From: Acidimicrobiales bacterium
GTDB taxonomy: Bacteria > Actinomycetota > Acidimicrobiia > Acidimicrobiales > Aldehydirespiratoraceae
Direction of reading: 5' to 3'
Length of the DNA stretch: 64,000 bases
Assembly (NCBI GenBank): GCA_965116665.1
Contig: OZ220709.1
Coordinates: forward strand, 2,132,062-2,196,061
Positions 44,993 to 54,131 of this stretch are shown here, piece after piece (position 1 is the stretch's first letter; each line of letters opens with the position of its first letter). A model generated the notes under the pieces. It worked only from the letters and a program-made list of their open reading frames with translations, had not been told where the DNA came from and did not search any database. A program made the translations under genes and the position numbers.

Positions 44993-45442
44993 ATGAGTTC
45001 CCCCCGCACGTTGTTCGTCGGCGTCCACGAGCACACCATCGACGGCAAAGGCCGGCTGATCCTGCCGGCAGGGTTCCGCAGCCACCTGGCCGACGGCGCC
45101 TACATCACCGCCCTGGACTCCTGCGTGGGAATCCTGCCGGTCGACGAGTTCGCACACACCGCCGAGGAGCTCCGGTCCCAGGTGGGCCAGGAGCAGGTGG
45201 ACCTCAACGCGCTGCGGAGCTTCGCGGCCCAGGCCGACTTCGTGGTACCCGACGCGCAGGGACGCATGCGGATCCTGCCCCACCTGCGGGCCCGAGCCGG
45301 ACTCGACCGCAGAGTGATCGTCACCGGCATGATCCGCCGCATCGAGATCTGGAACCCCGAGCGCTGGACGGAGGTGCAATCCGTCGGCACGGAGCGTCTC
45401 GCCGAGGCCATCACCCACGGCCGGGGGATCGCCAGTGCCTGA
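44993..45442 (+). CDS. mraZ: Transcriptional regulator MraZ
   Basis: Two SpoVT/AbrB-like halves with DGKGRLILPAGFR and DAQGRMRILPHLR. The true start may be the TTG near 45011 (LFVGVHEHTID). Confidence 0.9.
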   Translation: MSSPRTLFVGVHEHTIDGKGRLILPAGFRSHLADGAYITALDSCVGILPVDEFAHTAEELRSQVGQEQVDLNALRSFAAQADFVVPDAQGRMRILPHLRARAGLDRRVIVTGMIRRIEIWNPERWTEVQSVGTERLAEAITHGRGIASA

Positions 45443-45511
45443 TCGCCCCACTCACCGAATCAACCGAAACCACAACGACCCCCGCAGTCGTCGACGACTC
45501 GCCCGGTCATG

Positions 45512-45614
45512 TGCAGTTCCCCGATTGGCAGATGGAAGACCCGTACTCCGCCCGCTTGCCATTAGCTCGATCGGGGGAGAAATCCCGACGTGCGCCGTCG
45601 GTCGGGGAACTGCA
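45512..45614 (+). ncRNA. Structured element in the mraZ-rsmH spacer (possible cis-regulatory leader)
   Basis: A perfect 13-bp long-range helix pairs TGCAGTTCCCCGA (45512-45524) with TCGGGGAACTGCA (45602-45614). It encloses smaller hairpins, e.g. TCGGG-GGAGAAAT-CCCGA. Confidence 0.35.
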
Positions 45615-45695
45615 GATGACCGGGCGTTGCCTCACGCCAGCACTCGACGCCGCTACACGAGCCGCCGGGCCGAGCGTGCTGTGGCCCAGCCGCAC

Positions 45696-46655
45696 ATGAG
45701 CGGAGGGACCGGAGCCGACCAGCCCCCATACCACCACCAGCCGGTGATGTGCCGCGAGGTGGTGAAAGTGCTGCGCGACGTGCCCGAAGGCGTCGTTGTC
45801 GACGCCACCGTCGGGGACGGCGGCCACGCCGAAGCGCTCCTCGAGAGCCTCCCGCACATACGCCTCGTGGGCCTGGACCAGGATCCTGAGGCCCTGAGGA
45901 CGGCGGCCGAGCGCCTCACCCCTCACGGGGACCGCGTGACACTGCACCGCGCCACCTTCGATGCGCTCGGCGCGATGCTCGACAGCATCGGCCACGCCGA
46001 GACCTCGGCGTGCCTGTTCGACCTCGGGGTCAGCTCGCGGCAGCTCGACCGGCCCGAGCGCGGCTTCAGCTACCGGCTCGACGGCCCCCTCGACATGCGC
46101 ATGGACCCCGACGGCCCGGTCACCGCGGCCGACATCGTCAACGGCACCAGCGAGGACACCCTCGCCGCCATGATCCGGCGCAACGCCGACGAGCGGCACG
46201 CCCGCCGCATCGCGGCGGCCGTCGTCGCCCAACGGCCCTTCACTACCACTACCCAGCTCGCCAGGGCGGTGGCAGCAGCCGTTCCGGCCACGACCCGCCG
46301 GCGCGCCCACCCCGCCCGCCGCACCTTCCAGGCCCTCAGAATCGAGGTGAACAAAGAGTTGGAGATGCTCGAACGAGCCCTCACCGGCGCTATCGAGCGT
46401 TTGAGCGACTCCGGGCGCTGTGCCGTGCTGTCCTATCACTCGGGCGAGGACCGGATCGTCAAGTCAGTCTTCAGAACGGCGGCCGGTGAGGTCCCGCCGC
46501 CTCGTCCGGGTCTGCCGCCGCCGCCTGCCCCCGCCGCAACCGTGCGACTCCTGGGGCGACGGGCCCGCACCCCGACCGACTCCGAGAAGGCGGCCAACCA
46601 CAGGGCGGGTTCGGCCCGGCTGCGGGCCGTGGAACGCCTTGCCAGGGATGTCTGA
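45696..46655 (+). CDS. rsmH: 16S rRNA (cytosine1402-N4)-methyltransferase
   Basis: Motifs: HQPVM..EV, VDATVGDGGHAEALL, DLGVSS.QLD...RGFSY, SYHSGEDRIVK. Confidence 0.9.
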   Translation: MSGGTGADQPPYHHQPVMCREVVKVLRDVPEGVVVDATVGDGGHAEALLESLPHIRLVGLDQDPEALRTAAERLTPHGDRVTLHRATFDALGAMLDSIGHAETSACLFDLGVSSRQLDRPERGFSYRLDGPLDMRMDPDGPVTAADIVNGTSEDTLAAMIRRNADERHARRIAAAVVAQRPFTTTTQLARAVAAAVPATTRRRAHPARRTFQALRIEVNKELEMLERALTGAIERLSDSGRCAVLSYHSGEDRIVKSVFRTAAGEVPPPRPGLPPPPAPAATVRLLGRRARTPTDSEKAANHRAGSARLRAVERLARDV

Positions 46656-47173
46656 TGGCACGGGGGGCTCAAGGGCGCGCGACGCAGCGGGCATCAGGCA
46701 CGCCGGCGTCACGACCTGAACGCAAGCCCCGAAACCTAAGGGTTGCCGAAGCCCCCGCCACGGCCCGCCGATCCATCACCGATGTCGGCACGCTGCTGGC
46801 TCTGGGAATGTTCGCGGTGTGCCTGGCCCTCGCGGCGCTGCACGCCGTGCTCGTGGAGAACCAGGCCACCCTCGACGATCTCATCGAGCGCAACCAGCAG
46901 AGCCAGGAGCTGATCGACCAGTTGCAGGCGGAGATCGCCTTCCTGGACTCGCCCGAGGGCCTGGCTGAACACGCCCACTCGGCCGGGCTGGTACCGGCGG
47001 CAGAGCTGATCCTGCTGACCCCGGTCGGGCCCGGTCTGCTGCAGCCCCCCGCCGGCGACCCGTTCAGCCTCGAGTCATCAGGCTTCCAGCCGGCCACGGC
47101 CACCGATGCAACCGGCAGTGGCGGCACCACCCCGACCCTCGGGGGCTTCGCCAGAGGGAAGTCGGCCGGGTGA
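46655..47173 (+). CDS. ftsL: Cell division protein FtsL-like (single TM + coiled coil)
   Basis: 172 aa with a basic N-terminus, one TM segment (LLALGMFAVCLALAALHAVLV) and a coiled coil. The call rests on its position between rsmH and ftsI. Confidence 0.6.
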   Translation: MARGAQGRATQRASGTPASRPERKPRNLRVAEAPATARRSITDVGTLLALGMFAVCLALAALHAVLVENQATLDDLIERNQQSQELIDQLQAEIAFLDSPEGLAEHAHSAGLVPAAELILLTPVGPGLLQPPAGDPFSLESSGFQPATATDATGSGGTTPTLGGFARGKSAG

Positions 47174-49059
47174 CACCACCGGGGCCACGCCCTGACGCAT
47201 CGGCGCGGCATCCGAGCCAGTGGGGCTCCGGCCGGCCCCCCCGCTCCATGACCGGTCGTCAACTGGTGGGCCGGGGCCGCATCGTGGCCGTGCTGGTGAT
47301 ACTGCTGCTGGCGCTGGGCGCTCTCGTGTACCGCATCATCGACGTTCAGGCGACGCCCGACCAGCGGATCCTCGAAGACGTGGCCATCCCCATCGGCGAG
47401 ATCACCGTGCCCGCCCCCCGCGGTTCGGTGATCGATCGCAATGGCCGGACCATCGCCCTGTCGCTGCCGGCCGCGACGGTCGTCTCGAATCCCCGTGTCA
47501 TCGAAGACCCCCATGGCGCGGCCGCGGCCCTGTCCGAGGTCCTGGGCATCGAAGCCTCCGAGTTGCTGGGAAAGTTGCAGGGAGACGGCGCGTTCCGCTA
47601 CATCGTGCGCCAGATCGATCCAGAGGTTGGAGAACAGGTGGACAGCCTGGGAATCGACGGCATCAAGGTCATCTCGGAACCGCGGCGCGAGCACCCCAAC
47701 GGTGACTGTTCAGCCCTGGCCGCCGTGGGACGGGTCAACATCGACCATGTGGGGATGAGCGGCATCGAGGAGACCTACGACACACACCTGTCGGGCGTTC
47801 CCGGCCGCGTGATCAAGGAAGTAGGGGTGGACGGGACCACGATCCCCGGCGGCATGCAGCAGGTGACCGAGCCGACCGTGGGGCAGGACATCACCGTGAC
47901 CCTGGACCGCAACATCCAGTTCCAGGCCGAGTCGATGCTGTTCGACGTCGTGGCCTCCGCGGGCGCGTCGTCGGGGGTGGCCCTGGTCTCGGTTCCCTCC
48001 ACCGGGGAGATAGTCGCCATGGCCAACGTGGCCCGCGGGTCCGACGGCATCGTCGACTGCACCCGCCAGAACCTGGCCGCCACCTGGACCTACGAGCCCG
48101 GTTCGGTGTTCAAGCCGGTGACCGCAGCCGCCGCGCTGGCGAGCGGGGCGGTAGTGGAGAGCACGGGAATACAGGTGCCGTCATACCTCACCATCTGGGA
48201 GCACCGCTTCGAGGACACCCCCACCCACCCCGACGTGGAGTGGACTCCCGTCGAGATCGTCACCCGGTCGTCGAACATCGGAACCATCAAGATGGCTCAA
48301 CTGACGGGAGAGGAGCGGCTGTACCACACCATCCGCGCCTTCGGCTTCGGCTCCCGCACCGCCCTCGACTTCAAGGGCGAATCGAAGGGGATCATTCCTC
48401 CGCTGAGCCGCTGGAACGGCCTCAGCCTGCCCAACATGGCGATCGGCCAGGGGCTGGCGGTCACTCCGCTGCAGATGCTGCAGGTGTACAACACGATCGC
48501 CAACGACGGCGTGCGAGTGCCGCTGCGACTCATCGACGACGGTTCCTTCCCGTCCGGGGAGGAGAGGCCGGCGCCGGTGCGCATCCTCAGCCAGGAGATG
48601 GCGTCCTCGCTGATGCGAATGCTGGAGTCGGTGGTGCAGTTCGGGACGGGCCAGCAGGCCGTGGTAGAGGGCTTCTCGGTGGCCGGCAAGACCGGCACCG
48701 CCTGGCAGCCCTGCGACATCGGCTACAAGTGCGTGAACGAGCGGGACGAGCTGATCGGCCGTCACCACACAGCCACCTTCGCGGGGATCGTCAGCAACGA
48801 CGAAGGGCCTGCCATCGTCGTGCTCGTCGTCGTCGACGCGCCCAAGGGCGACGTCATCTCGGGCGGACGGCTGGCGGCGCCTACCGTCAGCAGGATCGCC
48901 GAGTACTCGTTGCGCCAGCTGCGCATCCCGGCGGTGCTCGACACCGGGCTCGGCAACCGGCGCAGAGCCGAACCCGCCACCGTGCCCACAACCACCGAAG
49001 CCCCGCCGGACCCGAGCGGCACCGCCGCGGCGGGCAACGCCGGAGAGTCCCGAACATGA
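47170..49059 (+). CDS. ftsI: Peptidoglycan D,D-transpeptidase FtsI (class B PBP)
   Basis: Contains SxxK (GSVFKP), SxN (RSSNIG) and KTGT (AGKTGTA). It has an N-terminal TM segment and a PBP dimerisation domain. Confidence 0.9.
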   Translation: MTPPGPRPDASARHPSQWGSGRPPRSMTGRQLVGRGRIVAVLVILLLALGALVYRIIDVQATPDQRILEDVAIPIGEITVPAPRGSVIDRNGRTIALSLPAATVVSNPRVIEDPHGAAAALSEVLGIEASELLGKLQGDGAFRYIVRQIDPEVGEQVDSLGIDGIKVISEPRREHPNGDCSALAAVGRVNIDHVGMSGIEETYDTHLSGVPGRVIKEVGVDGTTIPGGMQQVTEPTVGQDITVTLDRNIQFQAESMLFDVVASAGASSGVALVSVPSTGEIVAMANVARGSDGIVDCTRQNLAATWTYEPGSVFKPVTAAAALASGAVVESTGIQVPSYLTIWEHRFEDTPTHPDVEWTPVEIVTRSSNIGTIKMAQLTGEERLYHTIRAFGFGSRTALDFKGESKGIIPPLSRWNGLSLPNMAIGQGLAVTPLQMLQVYNTIANDGVRVPLRLIDDGSFPSGEERPAPVRILSQEMASSLMRMLESVVQFGTGQQAVVEGFSVAGKTGTAWQPCDIGYKCVNERDELIGRHHTATFAGIVSNDEGPAIVVLVVVDAPKGDVISGGRLAAPTVSRIAEYSLRQLRIPAVLDTGLGNRRRAEPATVPTTTEAPPDPSGTAAAGNAGESRT

Positions 49060-50513
49060 TCAGCCTGGGACAGCTGTCACGGGCGCTCGGCGCCGACATG
49101 GTGTGGCCCCGCAGCCCCGGCCATCGGCAGGATCCGTCGCAGGCAGACTCGACACCGGTGCGCGACGTGGAGCACGACAGCCGGCTGGTGGGACCCGGCG
49201 CGCTGTTCGCGTGCATCCCCGGCGAGTTGCACGACGGCCACCGCTTCGCGGGCGACGCCGTCTCTGCCGGCGCGATCGGGCTGCTCGCGGAGCGGCCGCT
49301 GCCGGCGGGCGTGCCATGCCTGGTCGTAGAGTCGGTACGAGCCGCCGTCGGACCGGCCGCCGCGGCGGTGCACGGGAACCCCAGCCAGCGCCTCGACGTT
49401 GCCGGAGTCACCGGGACCAACGGCAAGACCACCACCGTGCGCCTCCTCGCGGGGCTCCTGCGGGACGACGGCACCGGCACGGCCGAGATCGGCACGCTGA
49501 CCGGGACACTCACCACACCGGAGGCCACCGACCTGCAACGCGAGCTGGCGCTGGCGTTGGGCCAGGGCGCGGGCGCCGCGGCCGTCGAGGTCACATCGCA
49601 CGGGCTGGTTCAGCACCGGTTGGACGGATGCCGGTTCCGGGTGGCCGCGTTCACCAACCTCGGACACGACCATCTCGACTACCACGGGTCGATGGAGGAC
49701 TACTTCGCGGCCAAGGCCCGGTTGTTCAAGCGCGAGCTCGCCGACCGTGCTGTCGTGGACACCACCACCGAGTGGGGACGGCGCCTCGCGAAGGTGGCCG
49801 CCACCGAGATTCCCGTCACCGAGGTGGACCAGCGCCGGATCGAGGTCATGGAGGCCGACGCCCGATCGAGCACGTTCTGCTGGCGAGGCCGGAAGGTGAG
49901 GCTGCCACTGGCCGGAGCCTTCAACCGGGCCAATGCCGTCCTGGCCGCGGAGGTGGCGGCCGCGCTCGGCATGGACCCGGCCGCGGCCGTCGCGGGCCTG
50001 GCCGCGGCCGAGCCGGTGCCCGGCCGGTTCGAGTCCGTCCAGGCCGGACAGGACTACGCGGTCATCGTCGACTACGCCCACACCCCCGATGGGCTCGCAG
50101 CCGCCCTGCGAGCCGCCCGAAGCCTCACCGACGGCGACCTCACGGTGGTGTTCGGCGCGGGCGGCGACCGGGACCGCGCCAAACGCCCCGAGATGGGCGC
50201 CGCCGCGGCCAGACTGGCGGACCGAGTGATAGTCACGAGCGACAACCCCCGCTCGGAGGATCCCGACCAGATCATCTCCGAGATCGTCGAGGGGATGGGG
50301 CGCGTCCCCGACCGGTGTGACGCCGATCGGCGCCTGGCTCTGCGGCATGCGTTGTCGGTGGCCCTCCCCGGCGACACGGTGCTGGTCGCCGGCAAGGGGC
50401 ATGAGACCAGCCAGACGATCGGCAGCGAGCGGCTGCCCTTCGACGACCGGACCGTGATCCGTGAGGAGATCGAGCGCCTGGCGGCCTGCGACGGGATGGG
50501 GAACGAGCGGTGA
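49056..50513 (+). CDS. murE: UDP-N-acetylmuramoyl-L-alanyl-D-glutamate--2,6-diaminopimelate ligase
   Basis: Motifs: GVTGTNGKTTT, HGL...R, DYAHTPD, and a DNPR motif (TSDNPRSEDP). The ATG at 49056 overlaps the ftsI stop. Confidence 0.9.
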   Translation: MISLGQLSRALGADMVWPRSPGHRQDPSQADSTPVRDVEHDSRLVGPGALFACIPGELHDGHRFAGDAVSAGAIGLLAERPLPAGVPCLVVESVRAAVGPAAAAVHGNPSQRLDVAGVTGTNGKTTTVRLLAGLLRDDGTGTAEIGTLTGTLTTPEATDLQRELALALGQGAGAAAVEVTSHGLVQHRLDGCRFRVAAFTNLGHDHLDYHGSMEDYFAAKARLFKRELADRAVVDTTTEWGRRLAKVAATEIPVTEVDQRRIEVMEADARSSTFCWRGRKVRLPLAGAFNRANAVLAAEVAAALGMDPAAAVAGLAAAEPVPGRFESVQAGQDYAVIVDYAHTPDGLAAALRAARSLTDGDLTVVFGAGGDRDRAKRPEMGAAAARLADRVIVTSDNPRSEDPDQIISEIVEGMGRVPDRCDADRRLALRHALSVALPGDTVLVAGKGHETSQTIGSERLPFDDRTVIREEIERLAACDGMGNER

Positions 50514-51562
50514 TACGGCTGTTGCTGGCGGGCAGCATCGCCATGTTCGCGTCCCTGCTGGGATGCTGGGTGCTCATCCGCTTGCTGGTCCACTACGGCA
50601 TCGGGCAGCCCATCCGCGACGACGGCCCGCAGGAGCACCGGGTGAAGTCGGGCACGCCCACGATGGGCGGCATAGCGGTGGTGGCCGCCGCTACCGCCGG
50701 TTACGTCGTCAGCGACGTCTTCGGCGGCATCTACACCCGGTCGGGCATCATCGTGATGCTCACCATCATCGCCGCCGGGGTGGTGGGACTGCTCGACGAC
50801 TGGATCAAGGTCGTGGCGGCCCGCAACCTCGGCCTGAACAAGACGACGAAGATCATCGGCCTGCTGGCCGTCGGCGCCGGCTTCGCCTGGGCCATGACGC
50901 AGTTCACGTCGATCCACACCACCGTCTCGTTCACCCGATTCGACTACCCGGGCCTCGAGCTGGGACGGATCGGCTGGTCGATCTGGGCCATCCTGCTGAT
51001 CATCGCCACCACCAATGCGGTGAACCTGACCGACGGCCTGGACGGTCTGGCCGCCGGCGCCAGCGGGGTCGGCTACGGCGCGTTCATGTTCATCGGCTTC
51101 TGGCAGTTCGACCACTACGACTCCTACCAGGTGGCCCACGCGCTCGACCTGGCCATCGTGAGCGCGGCCATGGTGGGGGCGATCATCGGATTCCTCTGGT
51201 GGAACGCCGCCCCGGCTCGAATATTCATGGGCGACACCGGCTCGCTGGCGCTCGGCAGCGGGCTGGCCGCGCTCGCCCTGGCCACCAACACCCAGTTCCT
51301 GCTGGGAATCATCGGCGGTCTCTTCGTCATCGAGACCCTGTCGGTGATCATCCAGATCGTCTCGTTCCGAGCCTTCGGCCGGCGGGTGTTCCGCATGGCG
51401 CCCCTGCACCACCACTTCGAGCTGCGGGGATGGCCGGAGACCACCGTCATCATCCGCTTGTGGATCCTGTCGGGACTTTGCACCGGGCTGGGGCTGGGAC
51501 TGTTCTACGGGGATGCCGTCAGCACCGGCATCGTGGACTCGATCTCGAGGCTGACGCCGTGA
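50510..51562 (+). CDS. mraY: Phospho-N-acetylmuramoyl-pentapeptide transferase
   Basis: Motifs: K.GTPTMGG, NAVNLTDGLDGLA, FMGDTGSLALG, APLHHHFEL.GW.E. Confidence 0.95.
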   Translation: MIRLLLAGSIAMFASLLGCWVLIRLLVHYGIGQPIRDDGPQEHRVKSGTPTMGGIAVVAAATAGYVVSDVFGGIYTRSGIIVMLTIIAAGVVGLLDDWIKVVAARNLGLNKTTKIIGLLAVGAGFAWAMTQFTSIHTTVSFTRFDYPGLELGRIGWSIWAILLIIATTNAVNLTDGLDGLAAGASGVGYGAFMFIGFWQFDHYDSYQVAHALDLAIVSAAMVGAIIGFLWWNAAPARIFMGDTGSLALGSGLAALALATNTQFLLGIIGGLFVIETLSVIIQIVSFRAFGRRVFRMAPLHHHFELRGWPETTVIIRLWILSGLCTGLGLGLFYGDAVSTGIVDSISRLTP

Positions 51563-52932
51563 GCGTCACGGCCGCCGACGCGATGGTTGAGGTGCCCCCG
51601 TCGCTGCTGCTCGCCGGACTCGGCGCGACGAACCGGGCTGTGGCCCGGGCGCTGCTGGCGAGGGACCACACCGTGACCGCCTTCGACGACGGACCGGACG
51701 CAGCCACGGTCGCGGCCGCCGAGGCCCTGGGACTGGAGCTGCAGGTCGCCCCCGACGACCGCCGGCTCGATCAGATGGTCCGGGCCGCAGACGCCATGAT
51801 CCCCACCCCGGGGCTGCCCGAGCACCACCGGGCCCTGGCCGCGGCTCGGGCCGGAGGCGTGCCTACCGCCAGCGAGTTCGATCTGGCCCGATGCTGGGAC
51901 TCCCGGCCGATGGCGGCCGTGACCGGAACCAGCGGCAAGACGACCGTCACCGAGATGGCGGTGGCCGCGCTGCGGTACTCGGGCGTGGAAGCAGCCGCGG
52001 CGGGCAACAACGACCTTCCCCTCGTAGCCGCCATCGAGGAGACCGGCGTCGAGGTGTTCGTGGTCGAGGCGTCGTCGTTCCGCCTGGCCCACAGTCGGTG
52101 CTTCCAACCCGAGGCAGCGTGCTGGCTCAACTTCGCGCCCGACCATCTCGACATCCATCGCGACCTGGACTCCTACGAGACATCCAAGGCCCGGCTGTGG
52201 CGATGGCTCCCGCCCAGCGGGACCGCGGTGGCCAACCGGCTCGACCCGACCGTCATGGCCCACCTGCCCCAGGACCGTGCCACCTGGACGTTCGCGCCGG
52301 AGGGACCGGCCGATTGGCGACGCCACGCCGACATGCTGACCGGACCCTTGGGGCCGGTGGTGAGCGTGCGGGAGTTGCGCCGGGCCATGCCCCACGACCT
52401 CGCCAACGCCCTGGCCGCGGCGGCCACCGCCGCCGCGGTAGGCGCGACGGTGGAAGGACTGGGCCAAGCCCTCCGCGCTTTCGAGCCCGGGGCTCACCGC
52501 GTTCAGATGGTTGCGTCGATAGGCGGCGTCACCTTCTACGACGACTCCAAGGCGACGACACCCCACGCCACCGTCGCCGCCCTGAGGGGATTCGACGCGG
52601 CCGTGCTGATCGCGGGCGGGCGAAACAAGGGTCTCGACCTCAGCGGGCTGCTCGACGCCGTCGACCACGTGATCAGCGTCGTCGCCTTCGGCGAGGCCGC
52701 CGAAGAGGTGGCCGGGGTCTTCGCGGCTGATCGGCCGGTGCGGCTCGCGGCCGGCATGGCCGAGGCCGTCGAGCTGGCCGCCTCTGCGGCCGAGCCGGGC
52801 TCTGCGGTGCTGCTGTCTCCTGCCTGCGCCTCCTTCGACCTCTACACGGGCTACGCGGCCCGCGGCGACCACTTCGCCCGCCTGGTCAGGGGCCTGGCCG
52901 GCCGATCCCGATGCGGGACGGTGCCGGCATGA
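51559..52932 (+). CDS. murD: UDP-N-acetylmuramoylalanine--D-glutamate ligase
   Basis: Motifs: AVTGTSGKTTV, H.R...V...GGV.FYDDSKATTPHA. The GTG overlaps the mraY stop. Confidence 0.9.
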   Translation: MSVTAADAMVEVPPSLLLAGLGATNRAVARALLARDHTVTAFDDGPDAATVAAAEALGLELQVAPDDRRLDQMVRAADAMIPTPGLPEHHRALAAARAGGVPTASEFDLARCWDSRPMAAVTGTSGKTTVTEMAVAALRYSGVEAAAAGNNDLPLVAAIEETGVEVFVVEASSFRLAHSRCFQPEAACWLNFAPDHLDIHRDLDSYETSKARLWRWLPPSGTAVANRLDPTVMAHLPQDRATWTFAPEGPADWRRHADMLTGPLGPVVSVRELRRAMPHDLANALAAAATAAAVGATVEGLGQALRAFEPGAHRVQMVASIGGVTFYDDSKATTPHATVAALRGFDAAVLIAGGRNKGLDLSGLLDAVDHVISVVAFGEAAEEVAGVFAADRPVRLAAGMAEAVELAASAAEPGSAVLLSPACASFDLYTGYAARGDHFARLVRGLAGRSRCGTVPA

Positions 52933-54131
52933 TCGTGACCAGGTACTCCCAGACCCGTCAGGTGGCACTGCAGGATGCCCGCCGCAGTCACCCGACCGCC
53001 AGACGGGCACCGGACGGTCGCGGCCCGCGTCCCCCGATCGGCCGCCGGAGCGGGCCGTTCCTGGTGCTGATCGTGGCCCTGGCCGCGCTGGTGCTGCTCG
53101 GCCTGGTGATGGCACTGTCGGCCACGGCCGCTCCCAGCCTGTCGGGCACGGATTCGGCCTGGTCCCTGTTCAAGAGCCAGGCCTTGTGGCTCGGTGTCGG
53201 GTCGGTGGGAGTGCTCGTGCTGTTGCGGCTGGACTACCACCGATGGCGGCGGCCGGCTGCGATGGGCATGGGCTTCTGCCTTCTGCTGCTGGCCCTGACC
53301 GCGGTGCCCAGCGTGGGCCTCAGCGCCAACGGGGCCCGCCGCTGGCTCGGTACCGGCTCGATCGTCTTCCAACCGTCGGAGGTGACCAAGCTCGCCTTCA
53401 TCGTCTTCGTGGCCGAGTTGCTGTCCCGGCCCGAGCGTCACATGGAGGACACCCGCGCCACCCTGCAGCCGGTCCTCCTGTTGACGGGAGTCGTCAGCGC
53501 GCTGCTGATGATGCAGCCCCACCTGGGGGCCTGCCTCCTCATCGCCGGCGTGGCCACGACCATGCTGTACTTCGGGGGGGCGCGGCTGTCCCATCTGGCG
53601 CTGTCCAGCGCTGTCGGGGCCTCGTTGGCCGCGCTCATGGTCGCTTACTCTCCCTGGCGCCGGGCCCGCGTGCTGGGCTTCCTCGACCCTTGGGAGGATC
53701 CTCTCGGGAACGGCTACCAGACCCTCCGGTCCCTGCATGCGCTGGCTGCCGGCGGCGTCGACGGGCTGGGGCTGGGCTCGGGCCGGGCCAAGTGGGGGTT
53801 CCTGCCGTACGCCCACACCGACTTCATCTTCGCGGTGATAGGCGAGGAGCTCGGCATCGTGGGCTCCCTGTTCGTCGTGACGCTCTTCGTGGTGATCGCC
53901 GGAGCAGGACTCACCGTGGCGCTGCGGGCCCCTGACCGCTTCGGGATGCTCCTTGCGGTGGGCATCACGTCCTGGATCGTCCTGCAGGCCGCGCTGAACA
54001 TCGGCGCCGCGGTCGCCGTCTTCCCGGTCGTCGGGATCACCCTGCCGCTGCTCTCGTTCGGCGGAACCTCGCTGGTGACCACCATGGCCGCGATGGGGGT
54101 GCTGCTGAACGTGGCGAGGCAGATCCGATGA
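52929..54131 (+). CDS. ftsW: Peptidoglycan glycosyltransferase FtsW (SEDS family)
   Basis: Polytopic membrane protein. Motifs: QPSE..K, HTDFIFAVIGEELG, LPLLSFGGTS. The ATG at 52929 overlaps the murD stop. Confidence 0.9.
   Translation: MIVTRYSQTRQVALQDARRSHPTARRAPDGRGPRPPIGRRSGPFLVLIVALAALVLLGLVMALSATAAPSLSGTDSAWSLFKSQALWLGVGSVGVLVLLRLDYHRWRRPAAMGMGFCLLLLALTAVPSVGLSANGARRWLGTGSIVFQPSEVTKLAFIVFVAELLSRPERHMEDTRATLQPVLLLTGVVSALLMMQPHLGACLLIAGVATTMLYFGGARLSHLALSSAVGASLAALMVAYSPWRRARVLGFLDPWEDPLGNGYQTLRSLHALAAGGVDGLGLGSGRAKWGFLPYAHTDFIFAVIGEELGIVGSLFVVTLFVVIAGAGLTVALRAPDRFGMLLAVGITSWIVLQAALNIGAAVAVFPVVGITLPLLSFGGTSLVTTMAAMGVLLNVARQIR

Noticed and set aside
44646-45048. Minus-strand ORFs (65 and 74 aa) across the 16-bp repeats
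   Set aside because: They are produced by the repeat itself (MVAAGDGGRW..). They lie in the mraZ promoter region and show no coding bias.
48240-52932. 757-aa and 823-aa ORFs suggesting fused Mur proteins
   Set aside because: Only the C-terminal parts match MurE and MurD. The upstream extensions overlap ftsI and mraY out of frame. The true starts are the coupled ATG 49056 and GTG 51559.
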